A stretch of 64,000 nt of DNA from Haplodiscus bocki (GCA_965655095.1 OZ296651.1:36890001-36954000), one strand, 5' to 3'. Positions 24,771 through 38,323 are shown, counted from the first letter of the stretch. The notes: generated by a model from the sequence alone, not told the origin. Numbers and translations are program-made.

Positions 24771-25912
24771 TTGTGACAGGACAAACAACCCAAATAAATC
24801 AAATCCCTGAGTTCTTTACTGGACGCATTCTAACACCACGCAACCCACCATCAGCCCAACATCAGAATCTGTCAACAAAAGTATCACAGAACAACAATTT
24901 ACCAATGGTTCAACAAACACCAAGAAATCAAAACTCAAAGACAAACGTTTCCATTAATTATGTAGCTCATGCAATTGCCGGAAATGCAACCCAACAACGA
25001 CCACAAGCAGCTACAATGCTAAAACCAGTATCTACAAATACAATAATTTTTGATGGGAAAAACGAGAAATTTGAACTTTTTGAAGACTTATTTCACACTC
25101 ACAGCTCAAAAGGCAACCAGAGATGACACAGGCCATGAAAATTAACCATTTTCATGCCCATTTACGAAAAAAAGCAGTTCAAACATTTGGAAATATAAGT
25201 CTATCAAACAAGAAAACTCTCGATGACGTGCTAATTGTGTTTTGACGGAAATATGTCAAACCAGAATCACAAGCTACAGCTAAACACAAATGGCACAAAC
25301 TCACGTTCAACCCCAAAACAAAATCACTGTCTGACTTCATAGAAGAGCTGAACTAATGTGCTGGAAGAGCGTTCGGTGACACCGCCCGACATTTGATCGA
25401 AAATTTACTCTACGCAAAACTGCGACCACATTTGAAACGATCACTCAACTTAGCTTACCTGGAAATGGCAGATACAATCGAATTGTTGTGCATCTCGAAA
25501 AAGAGTTAGAACTCAGTGGTTTGGAAAACAATGGGGAACTGACAATACCCACAATGACAGCCGTACCACCCACTTATAATCAATAAAGCACTGGACAAAC
25601 TAAAACTGTATGCCATTATTGTAAAAAACCAGGCCACGTTATTGGAGATTGTCGGATGAAAAAAAGAGGAGCAAAGAAATGATCCCTCGATCCCAAACGC
25701 AAATTTTTTGACATCTAAATCATTTGCATCCTGTCCTAATTGCCACGGGACAAATCATTCTCGAGAAAAAATGTTCGACCGGTCCCAATGCCGCTAATAG
25801 ACCCACACGGTTCAAACGGGATCATCCTGCAGACAATCGAAATGATGGGCAAGAACAAGGAAACTTGACCCATGCAGGACCTTTTTCAATTCTCAAAAAC
25901 CCTTTAAACTAA
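24206..25912 (+). pseudogene. gag: gag (starts inside the 5' LTR; CCHC zinc knuckle)
   Basis: ATG at 24206. The TGA at 24692 is CGA in the 3' LTR copy, and the frame continues into ORF 24773 (offset 567 nt). CHYCKKPGHVIGDC at 25611, plus a second CPNC..H..C motif. Confidence 0.85.
25903..25909 (+). promoter_or_regulatory. Putative -1 ribosomal frameshift heptamer T TTA AAC at the gag-pol junction
   Basis: CCT TTA AAC TAA: X XXY YYZ in the gag frame, immediately before the gag stop. Confidence 0.6.
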
Positions 25913-28900
25913 ACAAAAGCCACAACTCCAATGGGCAGATTACACATTAGTGAGACAATATGTTAAACCTGACCCACACACCATAGCATACCACTCTCAG
26001 CAAACATTTAACACATGAATTCCATCAATTGTCTGGCAGCAACAAACGGAAAAGACCTACAATCAAAGATATAATAATATGCACATGATCCATAAAATAC
26101 TTCCAACATACGAATACGTTTACACAGACAACTTCGACACACACTTTACACCTCTTCCAGATGTTGTTGCATACGACACGTACTTTGTTGACCTTCAACA
26201 CGGACTTGACCCCTATTGGGGTGAAGATTTATATGATCAAGACAAATTAGAGTACAAAGATATTTACAACAAACTTAATAATCAAATTGAAAGTGACAAC
26301 CTAATTACGGATGCACATGCATCACACGCACTACGATAGGCATTGATAGATTTGTGGACAGTAAATCCACATTAACCTGATACATCGTCATTACCAAACT
26401 TTCAGCCGAGACCAAAAACCAACAAAGGCAAAAGGAAGTCACTGACGATCAAAATTTACCACAACACCAGGTAACACCAGATGGACTCACAAGGTTTCTC
26501 CCACCACCGACAAACTTGCCATTGAAAAGTATACGCAAAAAGCTATATTTTCCAATGGACTTCGGGGAGTTAAATACCGACGGGCTCATGAACACGGGTG
26601 CTTTGTCAGGCGCCATTCCGGAAGCCGACTTGCGCAAATTTCGACTACTGGCTCCACATACAATGTTAAGTTAAGGCCCTCCATCTGAGTTCCAAATTAT
26701 GGTTGCCAGTGGACAGTTAGAAGCACCTATTGCAACGGTAAAATTGCAATTCGAAGTCGTTGACATTACGCTCAGAGAAAAATTCATAGTCATGACAAAC
26801 CTTACAAGCCCATTGATTGGTCTCTTATTCCAACAACGCAACAGTACCATGCTCGATATGCGTCAAAGATTCTTGAACTTTCCCTTCTTTTCAATGCAAT
26901 TTAAAAACGTCGATCGGACATACCCAAATGTCATTAAACCCGTACTAAACTAGTAAAAACCATACTGCAGTCGGGAAAACGAACCACAATTTCAATAGAG
27001 TCACAAATTTACACAGACAACGAAGCGACCGGAATAATTCAACCTTCGCCACTTCTAGAGAATGATGAAGATCTTCTTATTTGTCCCGCACTTTCGTCAT
27101 CTCAAAGAAACAAACATTTAACCCAAATTAGGAATTTTCTGGACCACCCTTACACGCTTTTGAAGTGAATGCACATAGCGAATTTCTCGATATTGACTCC
27201 TGTACAAACAAAACACATTCGACCAGTCAACCCTACCTCAGTGAGGCACCTTTTGAATAACAATCATAACGACGCTATTTACTGTAAATATAGCCTTTTG
27301 AAAACGTCGAAAACCGATTTAAAAAAAACGAAACCTACTGGTTCCCAACGCCACAAAACACAGGCAATGAGAGAGAACATACGCCCAGTCAGACACGTAT
27401 TCTCAATGAATTACGGGAGCCGGAAAAATTAGAACAACTAAACCCACTACACGATATATACTCCCGAGATCAATTTTTATCTAATTTCGATTGGACAGAC
27501 TCTACTTTACAACCGGAAGCCACAAAGGCCGTTGAAGGCCTACTCGTGGAATTCAAAACATTTTTCCACGGCGTCGCTTTGACATTGGAATTAACACAGA
27601 GTTCAAAGTACAACTCACACCTTTAGACGACAGGCCTGCTTATAGCCAGAGCCTTCCGGCGCCAATGAAGCTCAAAGAGGATATTGTCGTGAAACTAGCC
27701 CTACTACACATAAACGGCATCATTACGACTTTACCTTTTAGCAAAAACGTTAGACCAATTTCGCACAAAGGAAACCGAATGCGAAACTACGCCTATTGGT
27801 TGACTTCCGGAAAAACACACTCTCAATACAGACAATTACATTGATCAAAACCATCCAGTAATTACATTAACGGATGCAGTACAGCATATGACTGGGAAAA
27901 ACTTGTTCTGTACGCCTGATTGTTCCCAAGCGTATCACTGCTTTCAAATGGCCGACCAGCAATCAATTTCAACTCCTTGCATTCAACTTCACAAGTAGAA
28001 CATTCGCATACCGAAGATTGGCACAAGGACTTAGTCGTTCCCTGTTGGCCTTTTCGAGCTTCATACGCGATTATATCGATCCAGTCATCAAAGCCGATCA
28101 ATGTGCTCTATACGTCGACGAAGCCGCCATTACCCTTCAACAATTGATCAAAAATCTACGAGCAGTCTTTCAGTGCCTAAAGAAAACTGGCCCTACACTC
28201 AGCATGGCGCAATGCCAATTTAAGGTAAAAGAAGTAGATTTCCTTGGACGTATCATAACAACCAAGGGAGTAGCCCACAAAAGCAAAAGATCGCAAAAAT
28301 CTCAAAAAAATCAAATTTCTACAAACCAAGAAAGCACTTCAACGACTCAACGGATTTTTGGAATACTATCGAAACTGTATACTTAGATTGGCAGAACCAC
28401 TCACTCCAATTTTCCAACTACTCAAAACAACGGATTCCAAAGCCAAAATTCCGATAAACCCTGACATCATGAAAGAATTCAAGGAATTAAATGAAGCCTC
28501 AGGCCGATGTTGCCAGCCGGCACTACGTCAGCCACTACTCGGTAAACTTCTGGTTCTCACGACCGATGCATGTTTTCAAGCAGTCGGTTATGCAGTGTTA
28601 ATCGAAGACAATCCAAACCAAAAGTACACTTCAACACGCAAAACTTACGCTCCTTTAGCCTATGGCTCAAAGACATACACGTCATCCCAAATCAAAAAGT
28701 CCATCTACGCAAAAGAAATTTCAGCCATTTACCTGGCCTTCATAGAATTTGGACATATACTTTGGGGTTCCACCATACCAGTGATTAACCTGACCGATAG
28801 CAAATCAGTCACCAAATTCTTTTAAACAAAAATGATTCCCCCACCCCTATGGAATGCCTGCGATTTTGTACTGCAATTTACTTTCACCATTGTACACATT

Positions 28901-31052
28901 CCAGGGAAAATGAACACCGCAGCAGATTTCTTATCTCGTTTAGAAATTGATCCTTATGAAAAAACAATCTTAAAAATCAGAAAAGACATTCCAACGAAAT
29001 CGATTGAAGTGAACATTGAATCTACACGCATTGCACAAGAGAACACGGTCTTCTCTGTTACGACTGACCAACAAGAGACCACAGAAAAACAACTTTGGAA
29101 ACGTAAAGAAGAAGCACGAAATGCCATACCTAACTATAGTCATCACATTGCCGTGTTAATATGCAAAGGACCTACACAAAGAAACAGCATTTGTGAAATG
29201 GCAAAATTAACAAAACCATCACGTATACTCTACGAACAAGATTCAGATACAACATTACTAAATTTCAAGCGCGAAAAGTTGGGACTACCATTTGACGAAC
29301 AATTTTCATTAAATGATGCATGTTATTTGCATTATTCTAGAAACATGAAGCGTATTATCATCAAAGATGATATACACTGTCGACAATGCTATAACGATCT
29401 TGGCGGGGTTAGTCACCTACAGGTACTTTTGCCTGGACAATTACTCAAAGTGTTACTACAATCTTTACATGGAACAGCTGGCAAACACCCAGGCATTTCT
29501 TAAATGATGCAAGAAATTCGAAAAAAGTAATACTTCCCTTCAAACGCAACATACGTCAGAAACTGGGTTCGTGATTGTGAAATATGCATTCAAACTAAAC
29601 GCCTAAATGACAAATCAATCACTCCTGATATAATCAAGATGCCGGAATATGGTCTTGGACCAGAAGATCTTATAAAAATTGACCTATTGCCAGAATTACC
29701 GCCAAGTGGAGGTTACGAGAATATCATTACGGCATTTGATGTAATTTCGAACTATGCATTTGCGTAACCAGTTTCCAACCCCACGGCAGTAAACACAGCG
29801 AAACTCATTATAGACATTAAGACAAGACACGTCTACTTACCTACGCTCATTATAACAGACAAAAGAAGCCTTTTCCTCACCCACGTTATACATGAAGTAG
29901 CCAAAATACTGGGCATAAAAATGAAACATGCCACAACAAACATGCACAAACCATCGGGGTCCTACGACGGGCCCACGCCAAAATCAAGATGTCCTTGAAA
30001 AAGGCATCAGGCGGATATAAGAAAAAATGGCACGAGTATTTACCCTTTGCAATCCTGAAAAAACAACACGACATACCATTCCAGTATCGATTGTAAACCA
30101 AGCCGAGTACTTCAAGGCAGAGTCCCACAAAAAATTCTAGATCACCAACTTGGACTACGATTTAATCCCAATATCGCACCTACTGCAGACTTTGCAGAGA
30201 AATTATTCCGCAGAGCCAAAATCGTATATGATAAAACCAACAATAATGTCATGCATTTGTTCATCAAATACAAGAAGTATCACGACAAAATAGTAAAAAC
30301 TTCGCCTTTAAAACAGAAAGATGACTGTTTCGTACTTCAGCTAGAAGCCGACCACCAAGAGTCAAAAATACTGTTCCGTGACTTCCGTTGGATTGGACCA
30401 TATCTAGTAGAAAAAGTCCTACCTAACGAAAACTACATTGTGCGATAACTCAATACTAACAAAACTGAAATCTTGCACAGAATCCGCCTTCTAAAGTACA
30501 ATCATGAAAAACATCCTTCAGACAATCATCAGGAAGCTCATTGGCAGATTGACCATTTTGTTATTCCACAAAGTGATTTATACACCCTGGCATGGGAAGC
30601 CGAAATTAGATGACATCTATTTGACATTCCTATCATATGTACTGATCCCAATTCAATGGGGTTTGAAGAAAGTCAAAAACAGGGAACAGATACTGTTATT
30701 GTCCCGCGCCTCCATTTTCATGATTCAAGCGATGGTCAAAACCGGGAAACTTGCCTCACTTCTGACATAATTTTAGTGCATCCGTCAAATCCTAAATCGC
30801 ATGGTCAAAGTCAAGACGTTGAGACTGCTACAGACAACAATATAATGACAGTTCCACACGAGCATTTGAGTCAAATACGGACATTAAAGTTGCATATAAA
30901 CCTATGCAACAACCACCTATGTGACAACCCTTCAACGCTTGAGATCAACGATCCTACTACCAATTCAGCAAAATGAACCTAGTCCTTCTAGAGGCGGCAA
31001 AAACACCTTACGCCCGAATCCTAACCCTAATTACTCAGAAATATACAGATAA
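25903..31052 (+). pseudogene. pol: pol (protease, RT, RNase H, integrase with GPY/F motif), many stops and frameshifts
   Basis: LMNTGA (DTGA), RLAQGL..ALYVDE (YVDD), LTTDA..YAKE..LTDSK..NTAADFLSR, H..KHPG..CEIC, IDLL, ITDK, WIGPYLV. Confidence 0.92.
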
Positions 31053-31244
31053 TGATGTGTGCAAACTTTAATTTTCAGCCCCTTCAGTGTGCAATCTCCA
31101 CTCTCTACTTTTAGTATTTTCATTCCTTTTACGCACACATTCTTTTTCTATTTTGGAGGCAATCCCATATAAATACTAATCATCAACAATTAAACAACAG
31201 CATAAAACAAAGTCTAACATGCATACAAAACAGTCCTGATAACT

Positions 31245-33538
31245 TCACTCATTGTCCTCACTAAGCTTCTTGCGCGAACGTAGGTTGCTCACCAACACGG
31301 AAGCAGTACCAGCATGACTTGTCCTTGAAAAGTCAATTTTGGGCGCTTGAACCGGAGTGCGACGTCGCATAGCTATTTTTCCAGGACTCTGCAAAATTGT
31401 ACTCATGGAACTGGTATCCACGTCACTAGCAACACGGACAGCTTTGTACGATTTTGAAAATTCCTGTACAATGTCAGCTCTCCCACGAAAGTTGACACTC
31501 ATCCTGCTTCGAGCGCCTGATCCCTAAAATTATCCACCAGCTTCACACATCTTGGAAATGACTCTGGATCGGTAAATAAGTTATTGGCCAATTCACCACA
31601 TAACAAATAACTTTGTAAAGGCTCAATTACCGATGATAAATCAAAAATCTTTATGCCACTCATCAGATAACTGAGTCCCATGGATGGTAATACTGGACAA
31701 ATATGACCAAGACACAAACAACATAGTTTCAATACGTACAGAATGTATGTTCTTTGAACCAGCTCAGGGCAGTGTGCAAGGGAAGTGACCATATCATCGA
31801 CCACTGGTCCACTAATTACATTGTACAAAAACACATGGCGCAAATCGTCAATAAATTCCACATCGTCATCCATATGGACATTTTTCAATTCCTTTGCTAA
31901 TCTCCCACGGGAATTAAAGCTTTGGAACAGATGACAATAACATTCAAAAGCCTGCAGATGAGGCAATAAGAAGAACGTCGAGTAATTGAAGCACGGCATA
32001 CCCATTACCAAATCTGATTTGAAAGATGGGTGCTTAATTAACTCCTTTGCAACATACCAGATGTATGTTCGTCCAGTACCAAAAAATGGATTAAAGGTGG
32101 CCCCAATTACAGGACGTGCAACATCTTTCTATGGTTTCTGGCGTTTCAACTTTTCTCGTTCTACGTCAATTTTTATTTTTGCAACGCTGAAAGACGGCTC
32201 TCCATGAAAGACGGCACATCTAAGAAGAATTTTGTCGAAATAAAGTCATACCGCCGCAGCGTTTCCCAATCACTCTGATCAGACAAAGTGTCACGTTCAA
32301 AAATTCGTCGCAACAATCGGTGCAGAAAATCCGACATCTGCCCACACAGAAGGAAACCTTGGTCACGCCTTGGACATGAAGACCGCGTGAATGCCTCACG
32401 GTAATCCTGCACGATCACCTTGAACATTTCTAGTCTGAATTCGAAAAAAATCGTTTCCTGTTACTTGCATATCGAAAGCTTGACCCCGAAACATCATCAA
32501 TGCATATGTCAAACCATACAAACAGCTCCGTAGCAACAATATAATTAAACTTAACTGCCCTTGAACATTCTGAAATTCTTGCCGCTGGCCAATCTCACTA
32601 ATATATGGCAAACTGGGCCCAATGATTCAGCATTTCCTGCACCACAAGAAACACAGAATGCAAATCCCGGCTGGCATCTTCAAGAGCCATACACACACAA
32701 CTACCATTTAACCCAAAGGACATTAACACATGGTTAATGAATTTCGTAGCAAAAAACATAATTTTTCTCAAAAGTTGAGTCCACTGCACCCAGGGTTCAT
32801 CCAGCATTCCAGAAAAACGTACTAACAGTGTCCTCGACATAGAGAACATGTCTTTTTTCCCCATAACACTGAAACTAGGTTTATGCAAAAGCTTCTCCAC
32901 TTGGACCGAACTCAAGGTGAAAGAGTACTGCACTCCAGCTTTCCGTGTCGGATTCTGTCAAGGGCCTTAATGAAATCGATGTCCGCACCACCACAACACA
33001 CAGCGGTAGGCCCCGTTGACACGATACTCAGCAATAGGGCAACTTTTGACACAGTGCCCTTCACCAGAGGAATATCCCTACTACAGTGAATCAATGCCAT
33101 CATCACGAGATTCTTCCCCTTCCAGAATCACAAACTTAGGCTGCGACGAACTGCTGAACATCTGACATCAAGGGAAAGCACAACTTCTTTACCAACAACG
33201 TCTGCAATGTGTCTCATCAGCTCGATAAACAAATGATGAAGAATCGCCCGAAAGAACACAGCCCAAATAGCAACCAGAAAACTTGCTTTTCCCTCGGAGC
33301 GAAAATTATTCATATGAAACACTAAATCAAAACACCTCACACTAACCGATATATGCAAAGGACTCCAATGAAAGTCAGCGGTTGCGGCTGAATGCCCTGT
33401 TAGCACACCAACTTGGGTCCAATAAGCATCAAGAGCCCACAATTGGCCACCACTATTCAAGATTATCAGCAAAAGTTCCATCTGGATACGAATGCGAGTA
33501 GACTCTGTTGTGAACGTAAATGGTTTTTCCTGAATCAT
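31245..33538 (-). pseudogene. Antisense accessory ORF B of the Gypsy element, function unknown
   Basis: Seven abutting minus-strand ORF pieces (33128-33538, 32912-33106, 32598-32933, 32396-32611, 32173-32427, 31499-32011, 31245-31502) tile 2.3 kb, as expected of a decayed ~750-aa ORF. No motif recognised. Confidence 0.6.
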
Positions 33539-33541
33539 ATC

Positions 33542-34070
33542 AGTAGTATATGTGTGAGCAGTGTTGACGGGGGGTGGAAGTCCCTATGTATTAAGACAGG
33601 CTATCGCGAGCCAACTCGAGCCGAGAAGAGACCTCCACCCGAGCCTTGAGCTCTCGGGTGACGTAATAATCCATTCTGATTGGCTGACGACTCGGGTGAC
33701 GTAATACTCGATTCTGAGTGGCTGACGAATTTTAAGCGTCCTTTCGTGCTCGACTGTGATTGACTGACAACAATTTTTCGGTTTTGGACACACGGCGGCA
33801 ATGTGTAAACATAGGGAATGGGCTGAATGACTCATTTTTGGCACTGTGCGACAATTTTTGGCACTGTGAGTCTATTTCGAAAAAAAAATTTCGAACTGAT
33901 TTTTTCTTGCGAGCTCGCCCGCGCGTGTAATAATTACGAAAGCGGATAATTAATACGCCTGCGGATAAATTATTAGGCATGCAGATACTGATATGACTTA
34001 ATGCTATTTAAGAAGATTGTGTAATATTTTGAAAAAATTGAATAGAATGTATAAAGGTGGACAAAAACAT
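33542..34070 (+). repeat. Polinton left TIR
   Basis: AGTAGTATATGTGTGAGC..ATGTATTAAGACAGGCTATCGCGAGCCAACTCGAGCCGAG matches the reverse complement of 50120-50219; the inner part matches 49537-49770. Confidence 0.85.
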
Positions 34071-34089
34071 AATATAAATTGCACATTTT

Positions 34090-34485
34090 CATACAAAGAT
34101 TGAAAAATAACATATAATTAATTATAAAGGAGAGTACATTAACATCGTGAACTCTGTAATTTCTTCCTTTCGAAACTTGAAGAGATGAAAAGCTGCAAAT
34201 ATTGTATAAAAGCCGCATACACTTGGGTGAGACTGTAGGGGTGCTGGCATTATCCGCTTGTTGTGCTGGTTGTTAAGAAAATTGTACCCTTTACATGCAA
34301 GGGAGTCTGCAAAATACAAATCATGTCGGAAATTTGCAATCATGATCCTATGACCCCCCGGCACACTTTTGGATTGCGTGTTGATAAGGCAAAAGTGGGA
34401 CATAGTCGGAGGGTAACGAACCGAGGTATCAAAATTTGAGCAGAGGTATACGGTTGATAATTTGTTGCTTAGCAAAATTATCCAC
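34090..34485 (-). pseudogene. Adenain-like cysteine protease (PRO)
   Basis: INTQ..PGGH(W/R)I, YFADSL and LQSHPSVCGFY give the His-Asp-Gln-Cys catalytic order. Confidence 0.85.
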
Positions 34486-34487
34486 TT

Positions 34488-35838
34488 TTACACATTCTTT
34501 GCAACAACACCAAACTTGTCAACTGCAACCGACGACATTCGTTCACCCATTACAATGAGTTCAGTAAAGTTTTCAATAGGGTGGGTAAAATTCAGTTCCA
34601 GCCTCAGTGGTTCTCTAACAAGTTCAGGATAGTGACACTTTTCAGTAGCGTCTTGCCTTGAAGTCAAGTCAAAGACCAGTACACAGTGACCTTTAAGTCA
34701 TCAATGGGGATTGAGGGAAAATCATCCTGAAAGTTCACTGCTTTCATGGTAGTCACATATAGACAACAATTGTCAGCAGTATCAAAATCGACAATTAGTT
34801 GTTCCGCTCTGAGTATTCTAATTTGTCTGAGATCAAATTGTTGATACCAGAATGAGTTTTCAGTAAAAGAACCAGTGAAGGCAGAGTTTGTGTTCATTGC
34901 AATTGCGACTCAACGAATGGGAGCATTGTTGAAAATGTTTCCTTGAACGAATTGGTTTTGTCTCGCAGGTATGATGAATGTCTTTGCCAAAGTCTCCAAT
35001 TAATTGTATTTTAAAGGAGCATAAGCAAGCATGTCCATTCATTTTTTGTGATAATCATCCTTGAGAGCAATACGACGAGTGTAAAGTCGAATCCACAATT
35101 CCAAGACTAACATTGGGGTTGTCGCTAATTATGTAAAAAATTGGTGTAGCTCTAATTAGTTGCAACCTGATTTTCATTTTTGGATAGAGGAGTTCAGAAG
35201 TTCTAAAAAAATCAATCCCCAATTTACCATACAACATGAAACCGTCGGGTCTACTGAACAATTTCATTCTCCTTGTAAAAACAAGGATCAGATAGGGGGT
35301 TACTAATATCCTCAGGATCTTTTCATAGTCATAACCTTCACAATGCAAAACTCCCTTGTATTCAGAGATGGCTGTCTTAAAGTTAATTGAAATGTAAAAC
35401 TTGTGTGCGTAGCGTCCATTGGAATTGTAAATCTGCTGATTGTTAAAGTACACTTCAACATTTGAAAGAATTGATTGCATTATGTTGTTTACATAGGTAA
35501 CTCGAGCAACTTCTTCTTGTTCTTCTTCGTCTCTTCCTGTTTCAGTGAAAACAACAGACTCTTGTTTGTGCTCTTTTTTCTTTTCCTTAATCTTGTATGT
35601 ATCGTAGCTACGTCCTCTGACAAATTTGAGCTTCAATGCTAAAAAAAGACTGTCTCAAATCAACGTAATAGTTCCGATCCGTCTGAAATTCAAACTCTAT
35701 GCAGTTTGCATCAAGTGAGGTAGTAGGATAAATTTCTTGTTCATGCGAGGACAGGACATCGTCAACAATTGGGACTTTCCTTCCAAGATTTCCAGACACT
35801 GCCGCAAAAGGATGGTACCGAAAACTGTTGTTTGACAT
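34488..35838 (-). pseudogene. Major capsid protein (double jelly-roll, hexon-like)
   Basis: IYPTTSLDANCIEFEF..YYVDLRQ, NNIMQSILSNVEVYFNNQQI, GKLGIDFF..LLYPKMKIRLQLIR and AFTGSFTENSFWYQQFDL are typical of Maverick/adintovirus MCP; position between protease and penton fits. Confidence 0.8.
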
Positions 35839-35840
35839 GA

Positions 35841-36195
35841 TCAACGAGAAATGTTTGTAAAAATGTCTCTTCGCGACCAAGTGGATTGTTTAGTAAATTT
35901 TGTTGGAAAGATTTTTTTCTGTTTACTACCGCTACCCATTTGTTTTTCTCAGAGTTTGCTTTCCCACACTCTTTGCAGCAGTCTTGAAAGATTTTCTACC
36001 GCTAATAACGTCTACAATCTCTGGTGCAGCAAACTCCAACATGTCAGCACTATGCGTTTTGCCGCTTGGACAAAAAAATTACGCAAAAAGGTAATTGCTG
36101 TTCTCCCAATAGCTTGTGCAAGAGCCCCAAATCCCCTTCCCCTGTTTTCCAACCGCTCTATAGTATGGAATTTCTACTTGTCTTGATGCAACCAT
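35841..36195 (-). pseudogene. Small basic virion protein with GxG/FGAL amphipathic helix (core or membrane-lytic-like)
   Basis: With frame correction reads MVASRQVEIPYYRAVGKQ..GFGALAQAIGRTAI..AAKR..GRKSFKTAAKSVGKQTLRKQMG. Confidence 0.55.
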
Positions 36196-36213
36196 CTCGT
36201 AGTTTTGTATGTG

Positions 36214-37018
36214 CTAGAAATGAATGTTGGACACTTTTCCAAACATCAGTAGAAACCGAGTGATACCGACAGATACAAGGGGTATTTTTTCACCAGATGT
36301 GTCTCTCAGATCAATATGTAAACTATGAAAACATTTCTTGAGCAGAGGTCTAAACTGTAGGTTACTGAATGTCTGATAGTTCATGTACTGTCCAGTTGTT
36401 CTAAAGTCTCCTCCCTTTAGCTTTGAGATAAAGGGAAAGCAACGTAGCAAGGGAGCTTTTGTGTCTCCAACAAGGTTGTACTCTACTAGATCGCTGTAAG
36501 TCTTCAGCGAATGGAGACGAACAATGTCGTACGCAAATTCGGGTTCATGAGGACCTTTTCCTATCCTCAGTACCCCAAATTCGTTTCCCACATTGTTACC
36601 AAAAATGTGACCCAATTCGGTGCTACAGAATGCAAGACCAGAGGTATCGTTTGCAAGCATAGTTACAAACTTTTGCGTTCTGCGAGCAAACTTGACTGTT
36701 ATGCAAGTTTCGTTGTGGTTGTTTCTCTCTTGAATAAGCATTTTCATAGCTTACACAATATCTGTGATGGAAGTGTATAGACCAGGTTCTAGATTGTAGC
36801 TCGTCGTAGATTTTGAAAGTTTCTCGTCAAAAAACTTGAAATTTCCCTCCGTTATTTTTTTGGTACATTGATGGGTAGGATATCTCCGAAATTGCAACCT
36901 CCCATTGACTCTCCAAGTTTACTTGCTCTGGTAAAAAGTTTGTAAAAAAAACTGAGTGTATTGTCTGAAAACATTTCTCCAGAAGCGTTGGAAAGCACTC
37001 TATTGTAAACGAATCCGT
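36214..37018 (-). pseudogene. Minor capsid protein (penton-like)
   Basis: FTNFLPEQVNLESQWEVAISEISYP; YSDLVEYNLVGDTKAPLLR; IDLRDTSGEKIP. Confidence 0.85.
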
Positions 37019-37020
37019 TG

Positions 37021-37958
37021 TTAAATGACTTTAATCAGCTCTTCTTGACAAAAGTTGCCTTGAATAACCTCATCCTGCTCATCCTTCTTTGTGTATGTTG
37101 GTGGTATTCTTGTTGCAATTGCTACAATTTCAAAAGCTTCGCTTGTAAACTGTCTGTGGTCTTGTAACCTTTGCAAAAAGGCAAATCATACTTTGAGATT
37201 GGCACTCTATCACCAATTTTGAATGTAGGTTTTTTGTATTCTCGTTAAGGTTTACTGTGAAGAATAAAAGTTGCAATTCTTTACGGTATTGGGTCTCGTA
37301 TCTATCGAACTGTTTCTTCTAGAGATTAAGGTAGTGATAAATTGAGGTAGTTTGTGTATACACTTGTATCTATAATCTTCCATGTAACGGTGAAGTAAAT
37401 TTTCAAATGATCGTTTTGTACGTTCAGCAAAAGCCGCCTTATTCTCACTCATAGTAGAGTAAACTTGTATCCCCTCGGCAGCACAAAACTTTTTAAACGC
37501 TCCAGCAAATTCAGTTCCCTTGTCAACCCAAATCTTTTTTGGTCGATTCCTTTTTGTAATCATGGATGAAAAGGCTTTTACAGTTTCTTGTGAGTCTTTT
37601 GTTTTCATTCCTTTAGCATTTACAGTTCTATGAAACAAGTCTTGACGAACTAGTAAGCACTTTACACCGTTATTCTTTTTTGCCAATTTATCAACGTAAG
37701 CAAGATTCACGCACCAAATTTCATTTCTGAATCTAGCACAAGCCCTCATTTTCCTGAATTTTCGTGTTGCCAAAGTAAAGTCTGCATAAGAAGCCTTTGT
37801 ATATAAAACTGTCTCACCTTTGATACTGGTAATCTGCTAGCTTTTGCCAAGTTGTGTACAGAACCGTAGGCAGCAGCACCTGGCATATACAGTCTTTGCA
37901 GCTTCTGACTTTCAAACTTTGAAATGGACCCAGCTTCCTCTATCTTTAGCTCTGGCAT
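37021..37958 (-). pseudogene. Retroviral-like (rve) integrase of the Polinton
   Basis: AYGSV, NEIWCVNL (D mutated), PKKIWVDKGTEF, KAAFAER, FKIGD. Confidence 0.92.
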
Positions 37959-38322
37959 TCTGGTTAAAAACTAGAGAGGATTATATTCCAGCAGCGTCGA
38001 GTAAAGTAAAGTAAATGTCTGGAATGTTTACGTTTTTTTGACGCAAATGTAGAGTAAAGTCTGAGATTAACACTCCAGTATCAAAACCATCTATAATTAT
38101 TGTTTGCGAATTTGGAAGTTTGATGCCAGAACAGGATAAAATCTTGTCTATTAGGATGTCTGCTTTACCAAACAGTCTCTTGTTGATGTCTGTTTTTGGA
38201 AAATCAATTTGGTACGTGGTAGGTTGTTCAGTTTTTTATTTCGGAAGTTCCTGCTTTGTAACAGATTGCGTAGTCACACTCTTATTATACACAGAAACTA
38301 GCACAAGAACAAACTGCTCCAT
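37912..38322 (-). pseudogene. Polinton ORF of unknown function between ATPase and integrase
   Basis: MEQFVLV...IPDIYFTLLDAAG..NQNARAKDRGSWVHFKV*; single frame with two internal stops. Confidence 0.5.
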
Positions 38323-38323
38323 A

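Noticed and set aside
26960-27300. dUTPase-like segment between protease and RT
   Set aside because: Only a vague beta-rich pattern; no dUTPase motifs recognisable.
31010-31032. CCTAACCCTAA telomere-like repeat
   Set aside because: It encodes the PNPNPN tail of the integrase; only two units.
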